DNA of 64,000 nt from positions 1 to 64,000 of the forward strand of contig JAXLNO010000460.1 in assembly GCA_038087875.1 (NCBI GenBank), written 5' to 3'. This stretch comes from Malacoraja senta. Its lineage: Eukaryota. Under the pieces are notes generated by a model. That model searched no databases. It worked only from the letters and a program-made list of their open reading frames with translations, and was not told the origin of the DNA. Of this stretch, positions 1 through 13,348 are shown in pieces (position 1 is the first letter of the stretch; each line of letters starts with the position of its first letter). Both the position numbers and the translations under genes were made by a program.

Positions 1-411
1 GAGAGGAAGCTCACATCTCGGGGGATTATTACACTTCTGTGGGAAGCTCTCTTTCCAGATCAATGGCAAGCACTGATGCTCGGCACAGAATATGGGCCAA
101 CAGATTTACATTGTTACCAGTTAACTTTTACCAGAACATTTTCCAGTGACCTTCATTCTTTGCTAATCAGTCTAACAAAAACAAATAGAAATGAGACGAA
201 ATAATTTTTTTTAAAAGACAAAAAAGGGGAAGTCTTTGGAAAGGATTTTATTCTACATGGAATACTTTCAACTTCCAATAAGGGAAATGTATTGTAAAAA
301 TACAGACACTGATAACTTCTTTTGAATCTTTGCTCTCAGTAGTCAAATTATTTAACTGCGTCAATGGAATATTCATAAATATTCAAAATATAATCGGAAA
401 ACAATCGGTGC

Positions 412-540
412 AGCACGGGAATAAGCCCTTTGGCCTACAATGTCTGTGCCGATCATGATGATAAATTGAACTAATCCCATCTGCCTGTACATGGTCTAAA
501 TCCTTTATTTCCTGCACATTCAATCGCCTGTCTAAATGTA
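412..540 (-). mobile_element. CR1/HER1 LINE 3' tail fragment
   Basis: Degenerate 'aagccctttggcctacaatgtctgtgccgatcatgatg...ctgcctgtacatggtc' resembles the CR1 3' ends elsewhere in the window (e.g. ~22020, ~47380). Confidence 0.55.
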
Positions 541-2064
541 CATAAGCATTTCCTATTGAATTGTATTATGCTATCTTATGGTTTAAGTTTTCTTCTGCTC
601 AATATAAAATGTTAAAAATATGCAGAGCAAGCCATTTAAATACCCTGTTATCACTCAATTGAACAATTGATACTCAAGTCTCATTCTTAATGTACTTAAT
701 TCTATAGGACATTTTGAGAACCTTAAGGGAAATTAGATTTTCAAAATATATTTTGTTTACAAGGATAATTAATGATTATGGGGTAATTGTCCACTGATGC
801 ACAATAATAATGTCCAACAGTTATCAATGCATATATAGCACCAAAAACAGAATTTGGTACAAAACTGTTGGCGTGATAATAGTTCATCATTTGGCCTATA
901 AATAGTTCATGTACGTTGTTAAAATCTTAAACTGCTTGTTCAGCGATGTACTGCTTTGGTCTTTTGAAGTTTATTTCTGCCCTTTGTTTAATCAGCATAT
1001 TGGGTTCCTTCTGTGTTCTGGTTGACTGGCAAGGAGGTGGGTGCATGCAGACTGACATCTGATAGACTGAGGAGAAAAATAAATATCAGTAGTGAAAAGA
1101 GAACTCAGTGCATTCACATTCTGTATAGCAAAAACATTCAACCTTGAAGAATGTCATGGTTGGCGGGCGAGATTTAGAATTACTATCAATGATAAAAAAA
1201 AGTTCAAAGTAGTACAAATTTAATTGAAGTAAGTTCACCGAATTTCCTTCCATTCACCTATTAACCTGTTCAATTCCTAAATACAGCAAATAAGTTCTCC
1301 TGGCCCAGGCAATTTTTAAATTCTAGATGCAAACCACTTCCAAGATTAACATTCCAGCAATAAACCTTCTGTGGGACATAATGTTATTAATACAATTTGC
1401 TTCCAAATAAAGTTTAAGCAGTATAATCCCTTTCTTTAATTCACTCTCTGACATAATTCTAATTTACAACATTTACTTTATTTTAATGTCTTATCTGTGG
1501 AGCCTCCCATGATTAATGGACTTTGTCCTAAATGGCTCAATTGCTGCATTTGCCTGAATGACATAAATCTTTAGCCGTAATAAAACGTCAGACTTGGCAG
1601 GAAAATGAACATACAACTTAATGACCCATATTTTGCAGGGGGAATAATGAAGCTGTCAGAATCACAATTATTGAGTGTACCATGCAGCAAATTCTGTCTT
1701 CCAAGAATGTAGGGTTAAACACAGAAATTGAAGTAGCTATAGGATTTGCCCTACTGCTCCATGAACCTTCAACAAAGCTATTCAACTATTCCCGTTCAGT
1801 ACCCTGTGAGAGATTCAATGTAAAACACATGAAGGATGTCAAGTTCCAGTACTCTACTGCTACCTACAAAACACACAATGAATGTTAATACGTGTTTATT
1901 CAAATGCTGCAAATTTATAATGGTCTGATGTCCTTATCATTGCTTAACAACTTCTCAAGCATTGAACACTATCTCGACATATATGCAGCTCATCCCTTCT
2001 GAATTTAATTATTGGTGGGCAAATGGGAATATTTCTAACCTACTCATTTTAAAATATACTGCAT

Positions 2065-2356
2065 TGAAATAGGCCCTTCAGCCCATTGTCCACACTGACC
2101 ATCAATCACCCATTCACACTGGTTCAATGTTATCCCACTTTCTCATCCACTCCCAACATACGAGGGACAATTTTCTGAAGCCAATTAACCTACAAACGCG
2201 CACGTCTTTGGGATGTGGGAGGAAACCAGAGCAGCTGGAAGAATCACGTGTGATCACAAGGAGAATGTGCAAAATTCAAGCACAGTGCCCAAGGACAGGA
2301 TCAGCAGGTCTCTGGCACAGTGAGGCAGCTCTACCAGCTGCACCACTATGCAACCC
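2065..2356 (-). mobile_element. HE1-type V-SINE (tRNA-derived)
   Basis: Reverse complement has a tRNA-like head, the V-domain core (gtttcctcccacatcccaaagacgtgc...gtaggttaattggc) and a CR1-type tail (gggctgaagggcctatttc). Confidence 0.8.
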
Positions 2357-3257
2357 TTCAGATGAATTTACCTCTTTTCCTAACTTTCCTTTCCCTTTAT
2401 TTTACTTTCTGTATATAAATTTCCATTTAATTAAATATTATACACAAGTTTTGAAATTTTGAAGCAGTGTTTGATGCACATACATCGTTTCAACATGTAA
2501 AAGCGATTACAATTTGCTACCCTTGTCTCAGTATTGTCTCCAAATGCTATGTTATTGCTTAAAATGTTCACACATGTGTCAGAGTACTGTTTCAGATTGC
2601 TCATTACTGTAAATTGTCATTCAAATCCCCACAAATAACATCTGGGGAAATCTGCAAGGGTGGTGAAAGCAAGCCTATTCATTCACTGCTGACTGCTGCA
2701 AAATCCAGGCCAATACTTGTATTCTTAACTATGAATTAAATGTAACCAGAGAGGACAAAGTGGATTACCAAGTACTGAAACACAATTGCAAGAATTTATT
2801 TCACTTTTTACAAACAGATGGAATTAAAGTTTCACAAAGAAAACAGAAATATAATGCAATAACTTGACTAAATGAGAATTTTACAAATCAGATCATTTCT
2901 CCCTTTTTACTAATAAATGGTGCATTACTTTAAATGCCAAATTATTTCTCATTCTCGCACAGGAAAGAATACATTTCAGTAAAAATTTTTAAACATGTAC
3001 AAATCTTTTGAAGAGCTTTTTAATTTATCCCATTCCATGTTCTTTCTCCATAACTGCTTATAAAAACTCAATTCAAAAGGCTTTTTAAGCACTCTTTTGA
3101 ATGTTAATATTGAATATACTTTCCTTATTCTTTCAGGCAGTGCCATCTAGATCATAAAGACGCAATGCAGAATAATGCCTTCTCATGTCATTGCTGGATC
3201 CAATGCCAATCGCTTAAAATCTATGTTTCTACCTGCTAATTCTTCCACTTTACGGAA

Positions 3258-3840
3258 GTTATAGGAGCAGAATTATACCATTCGGCCCATTCAGTCTACT
3301 CCGCCATTTTATCATGGGTGATCTATCTTTCCCTCTCAAGCCCATTCTTCTGTCTTCTCCCAATAACCCGGCACTCTTATTACTCAAGAATCACCGCCTT
3401 AAAAATACCCAATGACGGCCTCCACAGCCGTCTGTGGCAATGAATTCCACCGATTCACCACCCTCTGACTAAAGAAATTCCTCCTCACTTCTTATTCTGA
3501 GGCTATGCCCTCTGGTCCTAGACCCTCCCACTAGTGGAAGCATCCTCTCCACAAATACTCTATCCAGACCTTTCACTATTCCGCCCTCATCCTTCTAAAC
3601 TCCAGTAAGTACAGGCTCAATGCCATCAAACACTCATCATAGGTTATCATTCCTGGGATTATTCTTGTAAACCTCCGCTGGAACCTCTCCAACGCCAGCA
3701 CATCCTTCCTCATATACGGGGCCCAAATCTGCTCACAATAATCCAAATGCGACCTGACCAGTGCCTTATAAAGCCTCAGCATTACATCCCTGTTTTTATA
3801 TTCTAGTCTTGTCAAAATAAATGGTAGCATTGCATTTTCC
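3258..3840 (-). mobile_element. CR1/HER1 LINE, 5'-truncated 3' fragment
   Basis: ORF 3576-3842 encodes LRLYKALVRSHLDYCEQIWAPY...LERFQRRFTR, typical of the CR1 ORF2 C-terminus; CR1 3' UTR follows. Confidence 0.85.
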
Positions 3841-4069
3841 ATGCACTATTTTACACAGGCACTTTAATTTCTCCTTTCTGATCGTGCTGGAAGATCCAAG
3901 ATCTCAGCCAATTTGATGGCTCAATCTTCAGTCATCATCGCCAAATGTCCCCCAAAATAAATTCTTCTTATGCTAGCCAGACACATCCACTCTCCCTGTT
4001 AAATGGTTAAAGCAGTAGGCATGGACCTCTTGCAATTCTACAGCAATTATGGACCAACGCCAATTGCTT

Positions 4070-4215
4070 TGGTACTTCTGAATCAGAAGGTTGGGTTTCC
4101 ACAGACTTAATCATAAAATCTCTGCTGCTAGTCCAATCCATACTGAAAAAAATGCTACATCATCAAAAAGGGCTGGCTGTGGCTGAGACATTAAATGGAG
4201 GTACTGTTTCTGCCT
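4070..4215 (+). mobile_element. Degenerate shark-type DeuSINE (SacSINE1-like) head fragment
   Basis: 'ctgaatcagaaggttgggtt...aaaatct...tgagacattaaatggagg'; similar segments at ~22225-22370 and ~39040-39300. Confidence 0.45.
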
Positions 4216-4250
4216 TATCAGACAAGTACAAATGGAGCTTTAGACTTTAG

Positions 4251-4377
4251 ATTCAAGATTCAAGAGAGTTTATTGTCATGTGTCCCGGAAAGGACAATGA
4301 AATTCTTGCTTTGCTTCAGCACAACAGAATATAGTAGGCATAAATAAATACAGAACAGATCAGTGTGAGCATATACC

Positions 4378-4441
<64 letters not shown>

Positions 4442-5552
4442 AATAAACAGATAAAGTGCAATGGGCTATTAATGTTCAGAGTTTTGTTTGAGTTGAGTTT
4501 AATAGCCTGATGGCTGTGGGGAAGCAGCTATTCCTGAACCTGGATGTTGCAGATTTCAGGCTCCTGTACCTTCTTCCTGAAGGCAGCGGGGAGATGAGTG
4601 AGTGGCCAGGATGGTGTGGATCCTTGATAATGCTGGCAGCCTTTTTTAGGCAGCGACTTCGATAGATCCCCTTGATGGTAGGGAGGTCAGAGCTGATGAT
4701 GGACTGGGCAGTGTTTACAACCTTTTGCAGTCTTTTCCGCTCCTGGGCGCTCAAGTTGCCGAACCAAGCCACAATGCAACTGGTCAGCATGCTCTCTACT
4801 GTGCACCGGTAGAAGTTCGAGAGAGTCCTCCTTGACAAACCGACTTTCCATAATCTTCTCAGGAAGTCGAGGCGCTGATGTGCTTTCTTTATAATTGCAT
4901 CAGTGTTCTCGGACCAGGAGAGATCTTCAGAGATATGCACGCCCAGGAATTTGAAGCTTTTGACCCTCTCACACCATCGACCCGCTGATATAAACGGGAC
5001 AATGGGTCCCCATCCTACCCCTTCCAAAGTCCACAATCAGTTCCTTGGTTTTGCTGGTGTTGAGAGCCAGGTTATGGTGCTGGCACCATTTGGTCAAACG
5101 GTCGATCTCACTTCTATACTCTGACTCATCTCCATCAGTGATACGTCCCACAACAATGGTGTCGTCAGTGAACTTGATGATGGAGTTCGCACTATGACCG
5201 GCTACGCAGTCGTGAGTATAGAGTGAGTACAGCAGGGGGCTGAGCACGCAGCCTTGAGGTGCTCCCGTGCTGATTGTTATCGTGGCTGACACATTTCCAC
5301 CAATACGGACAGACTGTGGTCTGTGAATGAGGAAGTCGAGGAGCCAATTGCAGAGGGATGCGCAGAGACCCAGTTCTGAGAGTTTGGTAACCAGCTTGGA
5401 GGGGATGATTGTATTAAATGCCGAGATGTAGTCAATGAATAACAGCCTGACATATGAGTTTTTGTTGTCCAAGTGGCCCAGAGCGGAGTGGAGGGCCAGC
5501 GAGATCGCATCCACCGTTGATCTGTTGCGGCGGTAAGCGAACTGCAGTGGAC
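4251..5552 (-). mobile_element. Rex1/Babar LINE, 5'-truncated, frameshifted RT
   Basis: [45 protein letters not shown], then (after a frameshift near 4970) FKFLGVHISEDLSW...LPSGRRYRS; 3' tail gacaataaactctcttgaatcttgaat. Confidence 0.9.
4383..4436. repeat. (TA)n microsatellite in the Rex1 3' UTR
   Basis: Perfect TA run. Confidence 0.95.
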
Positions 5553-6612
5553 TAGAACTAATATCACTTTTTTCTTTGGTGTGCTGGAAAATCATTATTT
5601 TGCAAAAAAAGACATATTATTGTCATATTTTCTTCATCCCTGAATTGAATCACCTCACTACTGAAAAAGGCATGACTATCAGAGTCCATGTAGCAGAACG
5701 TAACATTGAGAACTGCACTATGCTTATGCCCAAGTCCTCTATGGATGGCTTGTTATAGTATGTGCCGAATGGGTTAAAATCAGCTTGATGTCTGGATGCA
5801 AGTACACAGAAAAAAAAATGTTCTCTTTCACTCTAAGTTTAATAAAGTTCTTTGTTAGTTTAATGAATTAACAATCCCCAAAATCGTAGACCGAGACTGA
5901 TCCACTCATAAGCTCTGAAATTCAATATCCAGACTTTTCTTTTCAACATTATAATGGTTTGGCCAGGTGCAATAAAACCACTTACTATTTTGTTTTAATG
6001 GACAGTGGGGCATCTTTGTCATGTCAAAAGATCCCATAATAATGGCAATTTTGCTGTTTTAAATGCTGTTCTCTCCCTCTTTACCTCCCCCCCCCCCCCT
6101 CAAAATTCACAATTATGATAATTTCCAAAATAAATTCCAAGAATGGTATTTCAAAATACTTAACTTCAGGGGCAAGACTTGGCAGGCAAACAGAAAGTGT
6201 GCAGAGGAAAAGTTAAAAGTCAATGTTACTTGAGTCTTTTCAGTTGCATCGGATTCTGCAATATACCGTTTTAAATAGGTCACCATTGTAACTGCAGTAA
6301 GGGAATGGGCACCCTGAGGAAAAGCCAATATATTTTGTCATTCCAACACTCCTTAGTATTTTCACCATCCATAGTCATACACTGATCCTTCAAGAACATC
6401 TCCCACTTCAAATATAAAAGCTGAATTGAGCAAAAGTGCAACGTTTCAAGTAATTGTTACGTTTTTTTCCTATCTTCCACCTAAGTCATGACAAAAATAC
6501 AAAGTAATGGAGAAAAGCCAACCCTGGAATTTAATTCCATATTTTTTACCTTTAGAATCGATCAACATATTCACATTTTTACATGGTTTGGACACTGCTA
6601 GAACTTGCAAGT

Positions 6613-6890
6613 GCGGCATGGTGGCGCCGCGATAGAGTTACTGCCTTACAGCGCCAGAGACCTAGGGTTGATCCTGACTACAGGTGCTATCTGTATGGAG
6701 TTTGTACGTTCTCCCCGTGACCACGTGGGCTTTCCTCAGGTGCTCCGGTTTCCTCCCACACTCCAAAGATGTACAGGTTTGTAAGTTAATTGGCTTTGGT
6801 AAAGATTGTAAATTATCCCCAGTATGTAGGATAGTGCCAGTGCATGGGGATCGCTGATTGGCATGGACTCGTGGGCCAAGGGGCCTGTTT
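6613..6890 (+). mobile_element. HE1-type V-SINE
   Basis: tRNA-like head (tggtggcgccgcgatagag...gggttgatcctgact), V-domain ggagtttgtacgttctccccgtg...gtttcctcccaca, tail gggccaaggggcctgttt. Confidence 0.85.
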
Positions 6891-6950
6891 AGTTCCCACA
6901 CGATGGACAATTTACAATTTTTTTACCGAAGCCAATTAAACTAAAATCCT

Positions 6951-7079
6951 GTGTAGCAAGGAACTGCAGATGCTGGTTTAAACCGAAGATAGACACAAAA
7001 TGCTGGAATAACTCAGCGGGACAGGCAGTATATCTGGAGAGAAGGAATGGGTGACGTTTTGGGTCGAGACCCTTCTTCT
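6951..7079 (-). mobile_element. Penelope pseudo-LTR fragment with degenerate hammerhead motif
   Basis: Reverse complement reads gaagaagggtctcgacccaaaacgtcacc...gagttattccagcattttgtgtct, matching the 3' end of the Penelope copy at 19.4 kb. Confidence 0.75.
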
Positions 7080-7417
7080 TAAGTCAGCTATCACTGGTGA
7101 AATTGCTGCTTTCTCACATTAATCTTTTAACTGCAGTTAATGAGTAAACATCCATAAACCAATGAACAATAACATGCCCAAACTATTTTCAGTATTAAAT
7201 ACAAAGTTCAAAATATTATTGAAATATACTGAACCACGATACAGATGGTGAAAACAGGGACAACCACACTGGCAAGATGTACGCCATCTTGTTTAAAATC
7301 ACTGAAATAATATGTACACAAAATATTAGTCATTGGCATTAATTTCATTTTACACTCTTGCAATCTAATTGTGTTTCTCTTGCTTTTTCATTATTTGAGT
7401 ACTCATGTGTAAGCCTA

Positions 7418-7838
7418 AGGTAGAAAGAAATGCTGGTGAAGCTCAGCGGGTGAGGAGGCAGCATCTATGGAGCGAAGGAATAGGTGACATTTCGGGTCGA
7501 GCCTTTTTCAGCCTGATGTGGGGGTGGGGGGTGGGGCTGGGAAGAAGAAAGGAAGAGACGGAGACAGGCTGTGGGAGAGCTGGGAAGGGATGGGGAAGGA
7601 GGGAGAAGGCAACGACTACCTGAAATTGGAGAAGTCAATGTTCATACCGCTGGGGTGTCAACTACCCAAGTGAAATATGAGGTGCTGCTCCTCCAAGTTG
7701 CAGTGGGACTCACTCTGGCCATGGAGGAGGCCCAGGACAGAAAGGTCGGATTCGGAATGGAAGGGGGAGTTGAAGTGCTGAGTCACCAGGAGATCAGGTT
7801 GGTTAATGCGAACTGAGCGGAGGTGTTGGGCGAATCGA
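7418..7838 (-). mobile_element. Penelope-like element 3' fragment (GIY-YIG C-terminus + pLTR)
   Basis: Homologous to 19030-19450; flanked by the 8-bp direct repeat TAAGCCTA (7410-7417 / 7839-7846). Confidence 0.85.
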
Positions 7839-8580
7839 TAAGCCTATGTCTTGGGTGGTTTAAAAAACAGTCAGAACCTGACTGTGGGACCGGTTAGCAA
7901 GTGCAAACGAAGACAACTAGATTGAAGAGCTCTGGCTAACAAGAGTGTCATGCTCGCTGGCTGGTTTTATGTGTGTCAAACTCTTCTCAATGTCTTACCT
8001 ATCAATACAAGCACTGCTAACCTCACCGAGATGTAAAACAACATTGAAGCCTTTTCTTCCATATTGATCAATGTTCATTTATACAGCCAATATAGGTGAA
8101 CAAACAATTAGCAACAACATGCAATTATAAGCCTTGTTGCGTTAACATTTAAAAGTCCTCATACAATAAATCAGTATGTGGTTATCATAGCCATTTGTTG
8201 ACAACATTTTTGCATTTCAGATTTATTGTATGGTAGTTATCATTGACATCGCTTATACTTTAATCAAAGCATCAATATGAGCTTAGTTTAGTTTAGAGAT
8301 ACAACATCGAAACATGCCCTTCTACCCATCAAGTCCATGCCGACCATTAATCACCCATCCTAGGTCATCCCATTTTCTTGTGTAATAGCTCTAAAGTTGG
8401 AAAATATGCCAATTAATAATGACATTCATTATGAACATCATCAATACTGTTTAACAGAAAACTGCATTTTCCCCCAGTTGTGGATTACAACAACCTTGCA
8501 GATCACTTCTAGCATAAACATTAGATGGCAAAGCCTTGTAGACAAGAGACTCGAGCCAGTTTCCTTAATGTAATAGCAGA

Positions 8581-9249
8581 CATTGGCTGCCTCGCCAACA
8601 ATCTGTCTCGTCCCTTTCTTCTTTGTTGTTTTTTTGTATGTTAATGTATGTGTTAGTGCTCTTTAGCTTTGTTATATGTGGTGGGATGGGTGGGGGGGGG
8701 GGGGCAGGTTTGGGGGAAACGTTTTTAAAAATCTCTTACCTCGACGGAGATTTGCGATTTTTTTCTGTATCGTATCTCCCTCCGCACTGCGGCCTAACAT
8801 CGTGGAACTGGCGGGCTCTTGCTGAGGGCCAACTTTGGGAGCTATAACCACGGGAGCCTTCAGGACTTAACATCAAGGAGCTGGCGGGCCCTGGCGAGGA
8901 TCGACCTTGGATTTCCAACTGCGGGAGCCTGCGGACTTTAACATCGTGGTGCTCGCGTCTCCCTTGGCGAGGGACCGACTTCGGGAGTTCCGAACTTTGA
9001 CCGCCCTGATCGTGGGGGCTTCGATCGCCCTGACTCTGGATGGTTCGACTGCCCCGACTGTGGGAGAATAAAGAGGGAAAATGATTAGACTTTATTGCCT
9101 TCCATCACAGTGAGGAATGTGAAATCTGCTGTGGTGGATGTTTATGTTAACATTTATGTAGTTGTGTGTCATTTGCTTTTTTTAGTATGGCTGTATGGTA
9201 AATCGAATTTCACTGTACATGTGACAATAAAATACCTTTGAACCTTTGA
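8581..9249 (+). mobile_element. Non-autonomous retroposon with Rex1/Babar-type 3' tail
   Basis: CpG-rich body with internal repeats (cgggagcct..ggact.aacatc at ~8851 and ~8922); ends gaatttcactgtacatgtgacaataaa...cctttgaacctttga, similar to the Rex1 tails in the window; 5' boundary uncertain. Confidence 0.55.
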
Positions 9250-9511
9250 CATACTAATGTTTGCATATACTGGCCAGCAGTTGTTTCAGCTGCAACCCTG
9301 ATATTCAGGTATTTGATCAAATTTTAGATTGATGTTAAAGAAAAGCCTTCCACACACCTTTGGGAAATGGGAACAACACAAAATGTTTCAATACACTAGG
9401 AATTCTAAGAAGAACATGCATATATGTAACAAAAAGCAGTTATTTTTCCCCTCATTGATTTCCTCTACTCCCATACCATATGAGCTCAGAGAACAATGAT
9501 GCAAGGGGCAC

Positions 9512-9826
9512 TAGTTTAGTTTTAGTTTATAGATACAGCAAGAAGACAGGCCCTTCAGCCCACCGAGTCTGCACCGACAAGCGATCCCTGCACATTAACA
9601 CTTTCCAACACACACTAGGGACAATATTTTACAATTATACCAGCCAATTAGCCTACAAACCTGTACGTGTTTGGAGTGTGGAAGGAAACCAGAGATCCCA
9701 GAGGAAACCCATGCAGGTCACAGGGAGAACATACAAACTCCGTACAGACAGCACCCATGGTCAAGGTCAAACCCAGGTCTCTGGCACTGTAAGTCAGCAA
9801 CTCTACCGCAACTCTACCATGCCACC
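9512..9826 (-). mobile_element. HE1-type V-SINE
   Basis: Full head, V-domain and tail with terminal (taaac)n repeat on the minus strand. Confidence 0.85.
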
Positions 9827-10654
9827 CCCACCAGCGCCACAAAATTATCTATTGCACAACCGTACAAATTTAAGGTCACAATGAAAGGGTATACTCTGCA
9901 CAATAAAGGCAACAGACTACAAAAAGACAACCTAAGGGAAACAAACATTAGGCATCCTACCTGTGTCTGCTGAACTCCAGCAACTTTGGAGCACTGTGGT
10001 TCAAAGCCATTACAAAGTGAATTCATGGCATTGAAGACATGTGGCTAACACCATTAAACTTCATTGCTGCATAAGCAAGTGGCCCATCACATATAAATTG
10101 CTAATCTAAGTCTATGCTTCCTATTTGTCATTTTAATGTAGTTGCAAATGTTCTTGCTGCAGAAAATAATTTCTGTAAATTGTTAATAATATAGCTAATG
10201 AATATCTAGAATGCATTCAGGCCAATTGCACTAAACAGTGGTCTGAACTTTACTGTGAAAATGGCAGCAAGTTTATCAGCCCCATTAAAGGATAAATTGG
10301 AAATGAACCTCGTATCATCATATGCAGTTAAACCTAGAAATCACCCTGTTCATCATTAGTTGCAAAGGAGCAGAATCTCATCAAAAGGTTAACCAAGGCA
10401 CAATTGCAGATAATAGAGGAAAAACCAAGAATAAAAAGAATGAAATGTATAACTGCATAACATAACTCAAAAAGCAGATAAAAGTAAAACAATCCAATTT
10501 CTTCCAGGGTATCTTTATCTTATATTTATCAACATTTTCTGTCTTGATTATTCATCCATTTTTTTATTTATGGGAATTTTCCTTGCTCAGGTTCAAGAGT
10601 GCATATTAGTTGTCCTCAAATATGAGCGGACAAGAGTTTGCACATTTGTTTGAT

Positions 10655-10812
10655 CTGTTACTTTGTAATCATGGACATTTGGTCAGTTAACAATGCAAAT
10701 GCTCAACATTATCTGCAAATAATCTTGAGCCAGTACACTCAAGATTATTTGCAGATAATGTTGAGCATTTTCATTGTTAACTGACCAAACATCCATGATT
10801 ACAAAGTAACAG
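10655..10812. repeat. Long palindrome / foldback (75-bp arms, 8-nt spacer)
   Basis: 10655-10729 is the reverse complement of 10738-10812 with 3 mismatches; GAT flanks both sides. Confidence 0.9.
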
Positions 10813-13348
10813 GATGAATGGAATCAACAGTCCAAATCAAAACATTTTAGAAACTTTAAGGGATCAGACCACATGCGTTGTGAGTAACAAATCAAAGTTA
10901 TTGAACATCTGATGGATAAGGAGAAGATTTGTATTTTGTGACAAAAATCAAGATACTCTGAGTACAAGGAGTCTGAAAAGGACTCCCAGCCCAAAACATT
11001 GTCTATCCATTCCTGCCAATGATATGGCCTGACCCACTGAGTTACTCCAGCATTTTGTGTTTTATAATATTTTAAAAAAAATAAGTAAATAGTAAGTGCT
11101 AAAAGGTACAGGGAAATATCTTGCAAGACACTTTAAAACACAAAGCAATTATTAGTTTCTTTAAAAGGAGAGAGGCAATGTAAAATCTGGGTCACCAAAG
11201 GTAGGTGCAAGCAAGATGACTACAGATCATAAGGAACCGGACAGATTAAAAAAAAGCCAGTTGAAGGTAACTGATGGGTAGAGCAGGAATGACAAAGAAT
11301 GATGAAAGAAGTTAAATAGGAGGATGCTGTAAACTCTTATTCCTTATTCATTAAGTGAATGGTTTAGGATATATATGATAATGCAAATGACAGATTAAAC
11401 TGTTAATAACACATCCTCTTCTGGGTCTCAAGTGAATTAAACAGTTTTGAAGAACAGATGGGCTTTGAGGTGTCAGGAAATGTCTAATGATGCAGATGAG
11501 TTGGCAAAAGTTAAGTCAGAAATATTGGATCCATAGCAGCAATAACATTTAGGAATTAACATGACATTCACAAAAATAACAACAGGGATGTCTATATATG
11601 CCACTTGATCCCAAAGGTTGGATTAACTATTAGATATTACATGTGCCTGAAATTTAACTAAGAATATGTGTAATTAAGTGAGAGAAGACATTGCATTTTC
11701 ATTTTGTTTGAATTTTATTGTCTAACTTTATTTGGATTAGTACCCGGGACACATATGGAAGCACATACAGAATTCTAAGCATATCACAGATCTTGGATAT
11801 CCTTGACATTAAGGACACATACTGAATCAACAAGCCTCTAACAAAGGGGAGAAACAGATTTTTCTCCAAAGAATATTTGATGAGGAAAAGGCTCCTCTCA
11901 AAAACAGTTATGACGGTATCAATTAAATCCATTAAAAATAATCAAATGAACATGCAGTTAGGAACAATGATTAGTAATTATAAAGATAATAAATGGTGAA
12001 GGTGTTCAAATACTCAAATGAATATGATGATGATTTCTGAGCTTTTTAACTGGTTCTACATATTTAAAAAGAAAGTAGACTGTCAGACTTTTCCCCCCAG
12101 GGTGAAACTGTCAATGACTAAAAGGCACACAGTAGCTTTAAAATCAGAGGGGGAATGTTTAAAGGAGATATGCATGGGCAGGATCTGTTCATGTGCTGCA
12201 CTGTTCTGTGATCTATTTACATGGGTGGATTAGTAATATGTTTTTTCTTCAGGTGGTGTTAACTTAAAACTCACCTTAAATTGTTCTCTCTGCCTAGCAT
12301 GTGCACTAATATTATGAAATTCTGTCTGTGAGGGACAAATTAACTAAGGCTTTAACTTAAAGTTGCACCATAAAATCATTGTGCAAACAATGATGGCATG
12401 ACAAAACTGTTAACTGTTTAATAGTCACAGATCTCATATTCGATCACAGATTTAATTTGGACTATTTTAAACCTATTATTAAGTACATATTATACTGCTA
12501 TAAGTATTGGTATTATGCCTTGGTGGCCCATTCTACCTAGAGAGACTAATTTGTAATTTTCAGGTCACAACTGAGGTTGAACCAACTTAATCCTTAGCAT
12601 AAGAAAGTCGTTGATATCCAAACTCAAGGGTTGTGAATATCAAAAGTACAGTATGTACTTTTTGGGCACTTTAAGTGTCACTCAACTTCCAAAATGGCAT
12701 TTGCAATGTGTGCACATAATTGTGGGTCAAAACACTTCAGATCTGAGGATGCAGTGTCAGCATTCACTGCAAGAATGCAGCAGGATTTTTAACAATGTCA
12801 CTCAGTGCACAATGCATATTTGGCAGCGGGACCACCAAGTTGGAGCTCAGCTCTCCAGATGATGTCCTCTTTTAACATTACTTTGTTCAGCATATGTTCA
12901 GACAGCAAGTTTCTTCCACTGATATAAGGGACGCCATCAAATACTCACAAGTCAATTGCTTTTTGTTTTCTATTGGCTGTTGCTACGATTTGACATGCAT
13001 ATGCTGTCTTCTTGAGTTGTTTCAATTTGCAAAACTCTGAGAGAACTATTTTGTCAGATGCTGAAGGATGTTTTTTGTAATGCATTTTATCAGCACGTAC
13101 TAGTTGCTCTTAGACACAGACCCTTTAATAGCATTTCTCTTGTAATACAATGTGATGCAGAGGGCATACAGTACAGGTTGAGCTGTAAGAAGAGGCAGAA
13201 GGAAGCAGGAGTCTACATCTGCCCAAGTTAACCAGAAAGCAATTATCTTAACCTTTAGTGAAGTAGAATGTGAGAGCTGCCAGCACTTGACAATATAATA
13301 ACTACAGTAGAAGCAGGGGTAGCTCGTGCCTTCTATGCTAGTGAATAA

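Noticed and set aside
6113..6328. Unique-sequence ORF as a host gene exon
   Set aside because: No recognisable domain and no convincing splice context
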